Assembly (NCBI GenBank): GCA_016840165.1
Contig: JAEOSU010000081.1
Location: forward strand, 1 to 53,751
Length of the DNA: 53,751 bases
From: Promethearchaeota archaeon
Lineage (GTDB): Archaea; Asgardarchaeota; Lokiarchaeia; Sigyniarchaeales; SOKP01
Direction: 5' to 3'
The notes below the pieces were generated by a model that worked only from the letters and a program-made list of their open reading frames with translations, searched no databases and had not been told where the DNA came from. Both the position numbers and the translations under genes were made by a program. Positions 1 through 9,024 of this stretch are shown in pieces (position 1 is the first letter of the stretch; each line of letters opens with the position of its first letter).

Positions 1-1
1 T

Positions 2-247
2 AAAGCTGCAGAAGAACTAGAAAATGAAGAGGGTGTTGACATGGAAGAAGTGGAAAAATGGAATTTGAAAGCGGAAAAATATAAAAAACTGGAAAAAGAA
101 GCAATACGGCAGTTAGACACACTTGAACTAGAAAAAGGGATTAAAACAGATGAAGAATCTCTATTTACGGAAGTAGATGGAAGTGATATTAAAAAAGAGA
201 AGAAAATAGAGGACATTTTTGACGATCCCGGGTTTTTAGAGTTCTAA
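2..247 (+). CDS. 3' end of a hypothetical charged protein (5' truncated by the window edge)
   Basis: The frame is open from position 2 (KAAEELENEEGVDMEEVEKW...) to TAA at 245-247. It ends in an acidic/aromatic tail, EDIFDDPGFLEF. Confidence 0.6.
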   Translation, partial: KAAEELENEEGVDMEEVEKWNLKAEKYKKLEKEAIRQLDTLELEKGIKTDEESLFTEVDGSDIKKEKKIEDIFDDPGFLEF

Positions 248-1896
248 AGATCAAGATTACTAATTATTCTCCTTTTAACATATATTGGAATATATTTCCA
301 AATCGGTAATTTTAGAATAAATTCAAAAAAATGATCAATTGATATTCTCTTCTTTTTTATAAAATATGCCCAGTTATTAAATGCTAAATTATTAAAATGT
401 CTCATCAAATTAACTCCAAATAAATTATAGCGTGAAGCGAAAAATCGCGCAATAAATGTTCCTAATCTTTTTCTTTCTGGAGTTGCTTCTGGATAGATAG
501 TTTCTGATAGAGCTCTATTAAAAATTTCATAGATTGAAAAAATAGGAATAAGTTTATTAATATAAGTTATAGCATTTTTGTTAAATGAGGCATTATTATC
601 AAGTTGAGTACTTACGTTATTTAATTCTTTTAATGCATTATTAATATAATTATCTCTAAATTTTAGCCACATCTTTCCCATTAAATTCCTTAAGGATTCA
701 ATATATTGGATAACTTCGGATTCCTTGAAATGAAAATTTTTCTCATTTTCCTCATACTTAATATATAAGAGGAATATGGAATCAATTTTATCTTGAGGAT
801 TATAATTATTAAAATCTAATGATTTAAATTCAAAAGTAGTTAATGAGTGATATGTATGACATTGAAGAGGTGTAATCCAAATTAAATCAATTAATTTCTC
901 CATTAATTTTATAGATTTAATGCATCTGTCTATATTGATGAAATTTTCAGACTTATCAATACTCTTTAAAGAAAAATATTTTGATTGATTAATTCTAAAT
1001 TTTACTTTTTCTAACCATCTTAATGTACTAATTATACTCTTTTTTTGTTTTTTATATTCAAGAATTTTTTTTATCAGTAATTTTTGAAATGAAAATAATT
1101 GAAGAGTATATGAATAAAAATCTATATTATAAATTTCTTTAATTTCCTGATGACAAATTAATGGAATATATTTTACTTTATCAGGTGTTTTGGTTTCTAC
1201 TTTAATAGCATGATCTCCTACAGAATAAGAAAAAGCTAAGTTTTCTAACGCTTTGTCTAATGAGGAGTAAATCCCCAGTGTTTTTGGATCTCTTGTAAAA
1301 TAACCATGTAATAAAGTGCTTATTCCTTTAAATATTCCATTTTTATATTCTGAAATTATGGCAGATTCGTATTCTCCGAGATGATGTCTATTTATGTTAA
1401 ATAGAGTGTCAAATAAAAAAATTGCTTGATTCGCCCGATGACAAACCGTATGACTCCATTTGAAAAGTGGTTCTAAAATTTTCCCATATTTTAGGATATA
1501 TCCGTAAAATTCTGGGCCAAAATAAATTGGGAATCCAAAACCTCTTGAAGTAGAGAAGGTAAATTGGAACAAATTCCTTTTTTTCTCCCCTTTTAAAAAA
1601 CCTGGAAAGAGATAATGTAAAGCTAATCGTGGATATAAAGCATCCATACCTAAATTCATCCATTTCTCAAAGAGAAGAGTACTATCCGGAAATTTGTATG
1701 AGTCTTTATAATCTGAGAAATAATATTTTAATGAGTCTCCCTTATTATTTTTATAATCAATCCGAGTTTTCTTGAAATAGAAATAGTTTATTACTCTTAT
1801 AAGGGACGTTATTTCTAATATCTGTCGTTGAAAATCATGAGAAACCTTTAGTTTGATATTCAAAGGTTTATTTTTATGTTGCAATAATGAATTCAC
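244..1896 (-). CDS. hypothetical protein, 550 aa
   Basis: Long ORF in AT-rich DNA with no recognisable motif. Confidence 0.7.
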   Translation of the reverse strand: MNSLLQHKNKPLNIKLKVSHDFQRQILEITSLIRVINYFYFKKTRIDYKNNKGDSLKYYFSDYKDSYKFPDSTLLFEKWMNLGMDALYPRLALHYLFPGFLKGEKKRNLFQFTFSTSRGFGFPIYFGPEFYGYILKYGKILEPLFKWSHTVCHRANQAIFLFDTLFNINRHHLGEYESAIISEYKNGIFKGISTLLHGYFTRDPKTLGIYSSLDKALENLAFSYSVGDHAIKVETKTPDKVKYIPLICHQEIKEIYNIDFYSYTLQLFSFQKLLIKKILEYKKQKKSIISTLRWLEKVKFRINQSKYFSLKSIDKSENFINIDRCIKSIKLMEKLIDLIWITPLQCHTYHSLTTFEFKSLDFNNYNPQDKIDSIFLLYIKYEENEKNFHFKESEVIQYIESLRNLMGKMWLKFRDNYINNALKELNNVSTQLDNNASFNKNAITYINKLIPIFSIYEIFNRALSETIYPEATPERKRLGTFIARFFASRYNLFGVNLMRHFNNLAFNNWAYFIKKKRISIDHFFEFILKLPIWKYIPIYVKRRIISNLDL

Positions 1897-2042
1897 GATC
1901 TAATTATCATAAAAACTGTTTAGATAATTAATACCTTTTTTAGTTATTATATTTATCAAAAATAATCTATATTTGATATATTGAATTGAATCAAGAGAAA
2001 ATTAGAAAATTAAGTTAATTCGGTTTGAGATGGTAAAATATT

Positions 2043-2495
2043 TTATTCCGGAGTTTTTCGTTTATTGAATAATTGCTTCAATTCACTCATGATTGCCCCT
2101 CTTAAACTAACGGGACTGGCAGGGCGTGCAGCACCAGGTCCTCCAGGCGGTCCTCCAGGCGGTGGGGGTGGCCCTCCAGGTGGCCCACCAGGTGGTCCTC
2201 CGGGAGGTCCGGAAGAAGGTGGTGGGGCGCTAGCGGGTGTTTTAGGTGTCGCAACTATAGGTGTTGATAAACTACCCCCTTTACTTATAGTATTTAATTC
2301 ATTATTAATTGTATTAATTCTAGTCTCTATTGTTGAAATCTTTTGATTTATAACGTTTAATGATTGTTCAACCAAATCTGGAATTTTTAAAATCATAAAC
2401 ATCATTTTTTCAACAATATCTCCAAATGAATTAAGTTTCTCATCAAGAGGCTCTTTTCTTGTCTCTTGCATAAAATTAGCGAATTCTTCTGCCAT
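2043..2495 (-). CDS. coiled-coil + polyproline + C-terminal amphipathic basic helix protein (putative actin regulator, VASP/WASP-like architecture)
   Basis: Heptad coiled coil VEQSLNVINQKISTIETRINTINNELNTI, then (GPPG)n and GPPPPP, then C-terminal LRGAIMSELKQLFNKRK. The CDS is secure; the function is inferred. Confidence 0.6.
   Translation of the reverse strand: MAEEFANFMQETRKEPLDEKLNSFGDIVEKMMFMILKIPDLVEQSLNVINQKISTIETRINTINNELNTISKGGSLSTPIVATPKTPASAPPPSSGPPGGPPGGPPGGPPPPPGGPPGGPGAARPASPVSLRGAIMSELKQLFNKRKTPE
2133..2230 (-). repeat. imperfect 12-nt GC-rich coding repeats encoding GPPG units
   Basis: cctccaggcggt / cctccaggtggc / ccaccaggtggt / cctccgggaggt units on the + strand, with synonymous variation between copies. 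Confidence 0.8.
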
Positions 2496-2632
2496 AGTAT
2501 TCTCTCAATTTTAGATTATTAGGAAGATTGCTAGTATTTTTTCTATTAATTATATATTTGATATGTTTAATAAATTTAAGTTCATCCTTAATACTTAAAG
2601 ATAAAAAAATAATTAAGATTCAAAATTAACTT

Positions 2633-3256
2633 CTAACTTGATTTAGAGACAGAATTTTTTAATTGAATCCATAATTCATTAATCTCATCCCTGACTTGGA
2701 TAAACTGATGGATCTTTTTAATTAAAACGTCTCTTGCTCTGTCAAATTCCCTCTGATAGTCATTTAACTCAGAATCTAGTATCTTTAATTTCTCTCCTTC
2801 TATTAATTTATTTTTTGCTTTCTCAACATTCAGAGCTTTTTTAATTAAAGCTCCTCTTTTCCCAGCAACCTCATCTAAAGCATTTGCTAATTCAATTTTT
2901 TTTTGAATAAAATAGTCTTTATTGACTGTAAGGTTTTTAATAGCATCAATGTATTTATTGTTTGCCTCAATATATTCATCATTTTTATGAATAATATCTT
3001 GGAATAAGTTAACCTCCTCATCTTTAATATTTGAACGTTTTTCTCTTACCAAAGTCTGCATTTGTTTTAAAACATCCCTAAAGGTTCTATTTAACATTTC
3101 TCTTTCTAAGTTAGCTTTTCTAAGTGTTTCTGCATATTTATTTTGGGCATCTATTAGGTTATTCTGAGCTTTAGCTAGCTTTTTAATGTGATTGACTAAA
3201 TCTTTTTCAGTATTTGCTAATTCAAGTTCATCCTCATGAGTTATAATTGGACACAT
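2633..3256 (-). CDS. all-alpha coiled-coil protein, possibly BAR/IMD-like
   Basis: 207 aa, continuous helical heptads, a single Pro near the N-terminus. The segment KKALNVEKAKNKL...EKLKILDSELNDYQREFDRARD recalls the SNX-BAR helix 2-3 tip. Confidence 0.5.
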   Translation of the reverse strand: MCPIITHEDELELANTEKDLVNHIKKLAKAQNNLIDAQNKYAETLRKANLEREMLNRTFRDVLKQMQTLVREKRSNIKDEEVNLFQDIIHKNDEYIEANNKYIDAIKNLTVNKDYFIQKKIELANALDEVAGKRGALIKKALNVEKAKNKLIEGEKLKILDSELNDYQREFDRARDVLIKKIHQFIQVRDEINELWIQLKNSVSKSS

Positions 3257-3344
3257 TTTCCTCAGTTCTTATATAGTTTAATAAAATCTCGATAGTATTT
3301 TAATGGAAATTCATGATTATAATGTTTTAGGTTTTTATATTATT

Positions 3345-4382
3345 TTATTTTGTAGGAAAAGAGGCCGTTATTATGTTATCCCTATAGTTTGCTTTTATCA
3401 CTTTTACTGCTAATTTTTTTCCGATTAAGTCAGGAGTGAATTTAAAAGGTTTTCTCATTAGGATCTTTATACCTAAATTTTCATTTATTTTACCAATACA
3501 CTCTCTTTCCCATCGACCTTCAGATATAATAGTAACTTCAATTATCATATTTTTTTTTAGATATGAAGTTGAGATACTTTTTCTTTTATGAATATTAAAA
3601 TCAATTGGTCCGAGTTTTAACTTTATATTATACTTCTTTTCAAGTTGAGATAGTTGATAATAAAAGTATTTCCATGATTTCGGCCTGATTTTTTTCAATT
3701 TACGCCCTGTTTTGTATATTAAATATTTCTGAATTCCTATTTGTAGTTGCTTATCGGTATAACCTTTTTTTCTTAATCCTATTACAAATTTGATAATAGC
3801 CTCAATGTCTTCATCATTTTCCGATGGAAACCAAACAGGTGCTATTAAAACATCAATGTTAGCGTCTAGGAGCTTATGGATATTGCTTAACAATACATCC
3901 ATACGATAGTTATCGCAAGCACATAAATAGCGCGCTTTATTAGCATCTAATGTATTTAGGCTGATGTTTAATCGACAATGTTTTCTGAACTTCAATTTAT
4001 AGATAATTTCATCATTTAACAATAAACCATTAGTTTGAATAGATATAGTATCAATTCCTTCAATATTAATTAGTTTTGATAATAAATCAAAAAATTCTGG
4101 ATATAATAATATTTCACCATAAGGAGAGAAATGAATCTCGATTTTATAATTACCTTTAATAGCTATTATTTCTTGAATTTGCTTCATCAAATAGGAATGA
4201 TTTATAATAAAATTGTTGGTGTAATCACCAGCCCTTACAAAGCAATATTTACATTTAAGATTGCATAGTGTTAGAGGTTTTACTTCAATTACGTTTGTTC
4301 CTCGATCTATTACACCAAAAAAGTCAATACCCATTAAAGGTATACTTGAATTATCATCGATGTAAAATAATTTATTTTTCAT
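3345..4382 (-). CDS. radical SAM protein with C-terminal TRAM-like domain (COG2100-like)
   Basis: CNLKCKYC motif, N-terminal GVIDRGTNVIEVKP, and QTNG. Confidence 0.85.
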   Translation of the reverse strand: MKNKLFYIDDNSSIPLMGIDFFGVIDRGTNVIEVKPLTLCNLKCKYCFVRAGDYTNNFIINHSYLMKQIQEIIAIKGNYKIEIHFSPYGEILLYPEFFDLLSKLINIEGIDTISIQTNGLLLNDEIIYKLKFRKHCRLNISLNTLDANKARYLCACDNYRMDVLLSNIHKLLDANIDVLIAPVWFPSENDEDIEAIIKFVIGLRKKGYTDKQLQIGIQKYLIYKTGRKLKKIRPKSWKYFYYQLSQLEKKYNIKLKLGPIDFNIHKRKSISTSYLKKNMIIEVTIISEGRWERECIGKINENLGIKILMRKPFKFTPDLIGKKLAVKVIKANYRDNIITASFPTK

Positions 4383-4414
4383 AGTTAATTTAATAATAGG
4401 TTAACTTTAAGAGA

Positions 4415-5488
4415 TTAAATTTTATATCTTAGTATTGCGACCAACGAGCCTAAATCGATAATTTGTTGTCCAGTGAGTTGCTCACTGCTAAGAATATTAA
4501 TTTTAGCATTTGATTTCTCAGCAAGGTTGAGTAAATTCTCAATTTGCATTTTTTTGTCTGTACTGACGCCTCTTATTAAGGTATCAGCGCAAAATAATTC
4601 ATTAATTGCACCTGATTCTGCCGCTTTTGTTACTTCGTTAAAACCAATAGCAATTAAATCAGGATCAATACTAAAAAGCCTAAAAATTTCTTCAATTTTA
4701 GCCATTTCTTGAATTATTTTTACCTTATTTTTCAATTTTATTAATTTATCAGATTTTAAAGTTTCAATTATGGCGCTTTCTGTGCCGGAACTAGCATGAA
4801 TATTTTCGATAGGAGGGAGTTTAATATCGCCTAGCTTATTTTGAATATCTTTTAATAGGTAATTACGAACGTTTCCTGGCCCACAAATAACAATCAAATC
4901 TATTTTTCTTGATTTAACATTCTCTTCAATAATTTTTATGATATTAGAAAAAAATTCCTCGTAGGCTTTATTACGGTAACGTGTTTCATATCTCTTTCCA
5001 GGAATCGTTTTTTTAATAGTTGCTATTCTTGTATTACTATAATTAGATACAAGAAAAATTGTTGCTAAACCAGTCTCAATCGCAATCATAAATATGAGAA
5101 AATTCTTTTCAAAAATTGACAACTCTTTAATCCTTTTTATCTCTGTATTTAACCACTTTTCCTTTTTGATCGATAAAATAGTCCCTATCTCTATATTTAA
5201 CGTATGATAACTCCCGAAGCTGACATAATCTTCAGGTCCTTCCAGTATTGTTCCTTTAATTCTTAATCGATTTGAAAACTCATGAAATGATAGGGATTCA
5301 ACATTTATTGTTAATCGCATAGGCTTTCTCTCTCCTTTGCTCCCTTCTCTCAATACAACTCTTCGGTGAGTCTGTGATGTGACTTTATCTTCTTTTCCAA
5401 TAACATTATAGAGAGCCCATAAATCATTTAAATTTTCAGTCTTTAGGACCATATCTTGTTTCTTTTTATCAAATTCAATGATTTTCAT
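4415..5488 (-). CDS. pelA: mRNA surveillance protein pelota (aDom34)
   Basis: ENLNDLWALYNVI, FHEFSNRLRIKG, GSYHTLNI, IPGKRY, GPG, and C-terminal LGSLVAILRY. Confidence 0.95.
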   Translation of the reverse strand: MKIIEFDKKKQDMVLKTENLNDLWALYNVIGKEDKVTSQTHRRVVLREGSKGERKPMRLTINVESLSFHEFSNRLRIKGTILEGPEDYVSFGSYHTLNIEIGTILSIKKEKWLNTEIKRIKELSIFEKNFLIFMIAIETGLATIFLVSNYSNTRIATIKKTIPGKRYETRYRNKAYEEFFSNIIKIIEENVKSRKIDLIVICGPGNVRNYLLKDIQNKLGDIKLPPIENIHASSGTESAIIETLKSDKLIKLKNKVKIIQEMAKIEEIFRLFSIDPDLIAIGFNEVTKAAESGAINELFCADTLIRGVSTDKKMQIENLLNLAEKSNAKINILSSEQLTGQQIIDLGSLVAILRYKI

Positions 5489-5625
5489 AAGGCTAACACA
5501 AATTTAATTTATACAACTTTATAATAGTAAAAATCTACAAAATTGATTAATTTTTTGCTAATTAGGACTTATTTTGCTTCAATTAAAGAAATAAAAAAAA
5601 TATAAAAATAAAAATCACTTATACT

Positions 5626-5778
5626 TCATTGCTCTCCTAAAGCTTCCTTGATTTTGTTTAACTCCTCCATTCGTTTCTTTTTTTCCTCTTCACGCTTTTT
5701 CATTTCTGCTTCATCTACTTTCTGGAGAGTGACACCTTTTCTAATTTCATTCTGTAATTCCTTATCGATAGGAGCCAT
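5626..5778 (-). CDS. 50-aa WH2-motif microprotein (not in the ORF track)
   Basis: ATG at 5778 to TGA at 5626 translates to MAPIDKELQNEIRKGVTLQKVDEAEMKKREEEKKKRMEELNKIKEALGEQ. AAAAGGT lies about 11 nt upstream, T-tracts lie downstream, and the ORF fills an otherwise empty gap of about 400 nt. Confidence 0.8.
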   Translation of the reverse strand: MAPIDKELQNEIRKGVTLQKVDEAEMKKREEEKKKRMEELNKIKEALGEQ

Positions 5779-5883
5779 TATTCTTCAATACCTTTTTAAG
5801 TATTATTTTTAAAAAATACGATAATATTTTTTCAGAGATATTATAATAGAATTCATTTATAAGTTTTAGTTTATGGAAAAAGG

Positions 5884-6327
5884 TTAGATTTTTAATTCCA
5901 TTAAGTAAGCGCTTTCATTATGTCTATAATAATCCTCTATTCTCTCTATTATTTCAAATCCAAATTTTTTATACAATTTTATCGCTTTTAAATTGGTTGT
6001 TTTCACATTTAATATTATTTTATTAATTTCTGTATGGTTGTTTACGATATTTAGTGTTTTTTGCATTAATAGGGAACCATAACCTTTATTTTGATATTTC
6101 TTTCTGATAATAAAGTTAATAAGATTGAATCTATGGTCATCATCCTTAATTAAGATTACATAACCGATTATATCTTCTGCTTTTTTAGAAACTACTATCT
6201 TTAAAAACAAGCTATTAGAATTAATTAAATTTTGTAATAACTTTCTCGAAAAGGAATCTGATTTAAAAATCCTTTTTTCAATTTTATAAATTTTGTTTAG
6301 ATCGCTTAGTGTCACTTTTTTAATCAA
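5884..6327 (-). CDS. rimI: GNAT N-acetyltransferase (RimI/Ard1-like)
   Basis: YQNKGYGSLL acetyl-CoA motif, NLKAIKLYKKFGF, and IEDYY...AYLM. Confidence 0.85.
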   Translation of the reverse strand: MIKKVTLSDLNKIYKIEKRIFKSDSFSRKLLQNLINSNSLFLKIVVSKKAEDIIGYVILIKDDDHRFNLINFIIRKKYQNKGYGSLLMQKTLNIVNNHTEINKIILNVKTTNLKAIKLYKKFGFEIIERIEDYYRHNESAYLMELKI

Positions 6328-7471
6328 AATTATATCCCTTCTCTTCCATAAAAACGTTTAAAGGCACTTTTTCGGTTGTTTGTGCATACTTCTCATCTAT
6401 AAATGGTGTTTTCTCAACAATGTATGCTTTAAGTGTATATTTTTGTAGTAAATTTGTGATTTCCTCGCGTATCATATCCTTTATTGGCAATTTGATCATA
6501 TTATTTTCAAATTTTATTCTCTTTGAGGGATTTTTAATCATTTCACTCACAGTATCATAAAATTTTCTTAATTTTTCACCATTACCTTCGATCTGGGCAA
6601 ACCATAATAAACCTTCTTCTGTAATTATTTCATATGGCTTCTTAATTGATTTTGCTCTTCGTAAATATCTTTTGGATAATTGCCAGTAGTCTTTAGCAAT
6701 AATAGTACAAAAATGGATTTTAATAGATACTTTATCAACTATTTTATTTATAAGTTTAAGAGCAAATTCTCTACTATTTTCCACGGATGCTATTGTTCCT
6801 TTCTTTAATTTAAACCCCTTTTCTTTTAAGGAATCAGTATTGGTAACACACATTTCAAATTCGTTTAGATTGATAAAATCGGCTCCTATTCGGTCGAGAT
6901 AATATATAAATTTTTCAAGGTTATTGATGTAATCTCGAGAGGGAATTACAGGAACCTCAGCTCCCACTTTGAAGCCCTTTTCTAAAGCAGATTCAATAAT
7001 AGCCCATTTATCTTTGGGGGGATTAAATCTTATCTCATCCAAACCAGCATCACTTAATTTTTGAGCGATGGATGCATCAAAATTAAGTCCATTAGTATAA
7101 AGATGGATGTGGAATTTTTTTCCTTTCTTCTTCTTAACATACTTTATGTATGAGAGAGTTTTGTCTAAATTCGGTTCAAATAATGGGTCTCCTCCAGTAA
7201 TACTCATTCCTTTCGCATGAGTAAGATTAATCTCTTCAAGCAATTGCTCCTTGTTGTTAATTTGTATTTCATTTGCATAAGTGAATTTTTTATTTTTTCT
7301 TTCCTCAGAAATAGGGCAATACCATCGGCAATGATTAGGATTTTGACATATTCCATTTAGGAATAAAACAGTTTTAGCACCTTTAAGGCAGTATTTGCAT
7401 CCCATTGGGATTCCCTTATTCTTAATATAATATGTTTCCTCTTTCGATTGGCAAATTTTGGTTTTTTTCAT
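6320..7471 (-). CDS. radical SAM protein (COG2108-like)
   Basis: GCKYCLKGAK, CQNPNHCRWYCPIS, ITGGDP, FHIHLYTNG, GLDEIRF, and NLNEFE. Confidence 0.85.
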   Translation of the reverse strand: MKKTKICQSKEETYYIKNKGIPMGCKYCLKGAKTVLFLNGICQNPNHCRWYCPISEERKNKKFTYANEIQINNKEQLLEEINLTHAKGMSITGGDPLFEPNLDKTLSYIKYVKKKKGKKFHIHLYTNGLNFDASIAQKLSDAGLDEIRFNPPKDKWAIIESALEKGFKVGAEVPVIPSRDYINNLEKFIYYLDRIGADFINLNEFEMCVTNTDSLKEKGFKLKKGTIASVENSREFALKLINKIVDKVSIKIHFCTIIAKDYWQLSKRYLRRAKSIKKPYEIITEEGLLWFAQIEGNGEKLRKFYDTVSEMIKNPSKRIKFENNMIKLPIKDMIREEITNLLQKYTLKAYIVEKTPFIDEKYAQTTEKVPLNVFMEEKGYNFD

Positions 7472-8187
7472 TTCAAATATAGCTTTTTTCTTATAATTGC
7501 ATTAGAATTTGCTAAAGATTTCAACACTTCTTCAGTAGTTTGATTCGTACCGATTTCTTTTTTTAAAAAAACTCCTGTTTTTCCCATTTTTTCTCGCTTT
7601 AATAAGATTTTTTTCCTTTCATTTATTGTTTTAAGGCTAATATTGACTTCCTTGGCAGCTAAATGCTCTCTTCCGATGATGGGATATTCTGTATGGCCTG
7701 TTGCATTTGGTTTAATTAATACCAATCTTTTATCTATTCCAGGAACTCGAGTACCATTTTTTAATTGTTGATATTCGATTTTTCCTCCGAAATCATAAAA
7801 TTCGATATTATTTTTTTCCAGTTTGGTTATTGGTATTGTAATCGTTTCCAGTTCGTTTAAATAGATGTATAATTTGATGGAATCTTTAGGTGTTGCCATA
7901 ATTATTTCCCGAAATAATTGGTCATAACCATTTTTATGTAATATAAATTCTATTTTGTATGAAGGTATATTTTGAAGAAATATGATATCAATATCACTGT
8001 CCTGATGTACATTCCCACGTGCTACACTTCCATAGATATAGGGTATAAAAGATTCATTAGAAAACATCTCTAAGATTTGAAGTGCTCTTAATCTCTTTGA
8101 CTCCAATAATTCCCATTGTTTATCTGAATAAATAATCGAATTGTAGGTTTCTCTTTGTATTTTTTCTTCTGGCATCTTTTTTGTCAA
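7468..8187 (-). CDS. predicted nucleotidyltransferase (COG2413-like)
   Basis: YGSVARGNVHQDSDIDI polymerase-beta motif, EFYDFGG, RVPGIDKRL, and GKTGVF. Confidence 0.85.
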   Translation of the reverse strand: MTKKMPEEKIQRETYNSIIYSDKQWELLESKRLRALQILEMFSNESFIPYIYGSVARGNVHQDSDIDIIFLQNIPSYKIEFILHKNGYDQLFREIIMATPKDSIKLYIYLNELETITIPITKLEKNNIEFYDFGGKIEYQQLKNGTRVPGIDKRLVLIKPNATGHTEYPIIGREHLAAKEVNISLKTINERKKILLKREKMGKTGVFLKKEIGTNQTTEEVLKSLANSNAIIRKKLYLK

Positions 8188-9003
8188 TTAATTATTATCT
8201 TGAATGGAAGTCATTATTTTCGCTAATAAGATCGTTTCATTATTTTTAAAAAATATATTTGCTTTTTCTAAAACTTCTAAATTTATATTTATTGTGGTTG
8301 TTTGTGAAAAAATTTTCATAAATTTTTCGATCTTTCGATTTCTAAACCATAAGTAAGAGTTCTTACTGAAGATTACGTTCAATCGAGCTTTTTTATCGGA
8401 TGGGACCAGATTTAATACCATCTTGGAATGATATTGATTTAATGACGGGTTGATGAGAATTAGTCCAATTTGCTTGAAGGAGTTGTTGTGTAATTCTTCA
8501 AAAGAAAGATAAGAATTAAAATCAATAACCCAATATTGAGAATTTAATTCGTACTCATTTGATTTTAGATATTCAAGAGCTTTTTTTATAATATTCTGGG
8601 ATTCCTGATTAATGAGTGAATTAGTTTTTTTTAAACTCCACCACTTTCTCCTAATATCTAAATAAATGATATTAAATCCGTGGGTACATAATCCTTCAAC
8701 AAGAGCATGTGGTAGATAATGTAATGAGTGTGAATTACTGATAAAAAGAAATGGCAAGTTCGGTTTGATTTTTATCATTAATGGGTTGAAAAGCAAATTC
8801 CATTTTTTAACATAAATTTTCTTATCTTCAAATTGTAAAAAACATGGATCAAGTGCGAGTTCAGTGATAGAATTGTTAGTTATATAATTTCTCCACCTAT
8901 GTTTAATCTTGTATATTTTCACAGAAAATAAAACAACGATTAAGATAATAATAATAATAGAATCAACTAAGATCCAGTCTACTCGAAAAATATCAAAATT
9001 CAT
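8188..9003 (-). CDS. membrane-anchored hypothetical protein, possibly a degenerate alpha/beta hydrolase fold
   Basis: N-terminal hydrophobic helix; LCTHGFNIIYLD and GLILINP strands; no GxSxG. Confidence 0.55.
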   Translation of the reverse strand: MNFDIFRVDWILVDSIIIIILIVVLFSVKIYKIKHRWRNYITNNSITELALDPCFLQFEDKKIYVKKWNLLFNPLMIKIKPNLPFLFISNSHSLHYLPHALVEGLCTHGFNIIYLDIRRKWWSLKKTNSLINQESQNIIKKALEYLKSNEYELNSQYWVIDFNSYLSFEELHNNSFKQIGLILINPSLNQYHSKMVLNLVPSDKKARLNVIFSKNSYLWFRNRKIEKFMKIFSQTTTININLEVLEKANIFFKNNETILLAKIMTSIQDNN

Positions 9004-9024
9004 GTTATTAAATCAATATTTTAT

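Noticed and set aside
2065-2346. + strand Gly/Pro-rich ORF
   Set aside because: Antisense shadow of the GPPG repeats (GGN/CCN symmetry). The minus-strand protein has the coherent architecture.
6320-7471. Radical SAM protein as the missing NrdG
   Set aside because: Its motifs fit the COG2108-like family, it is 32 kb from nrdD, and nothing in the sequence links the two.
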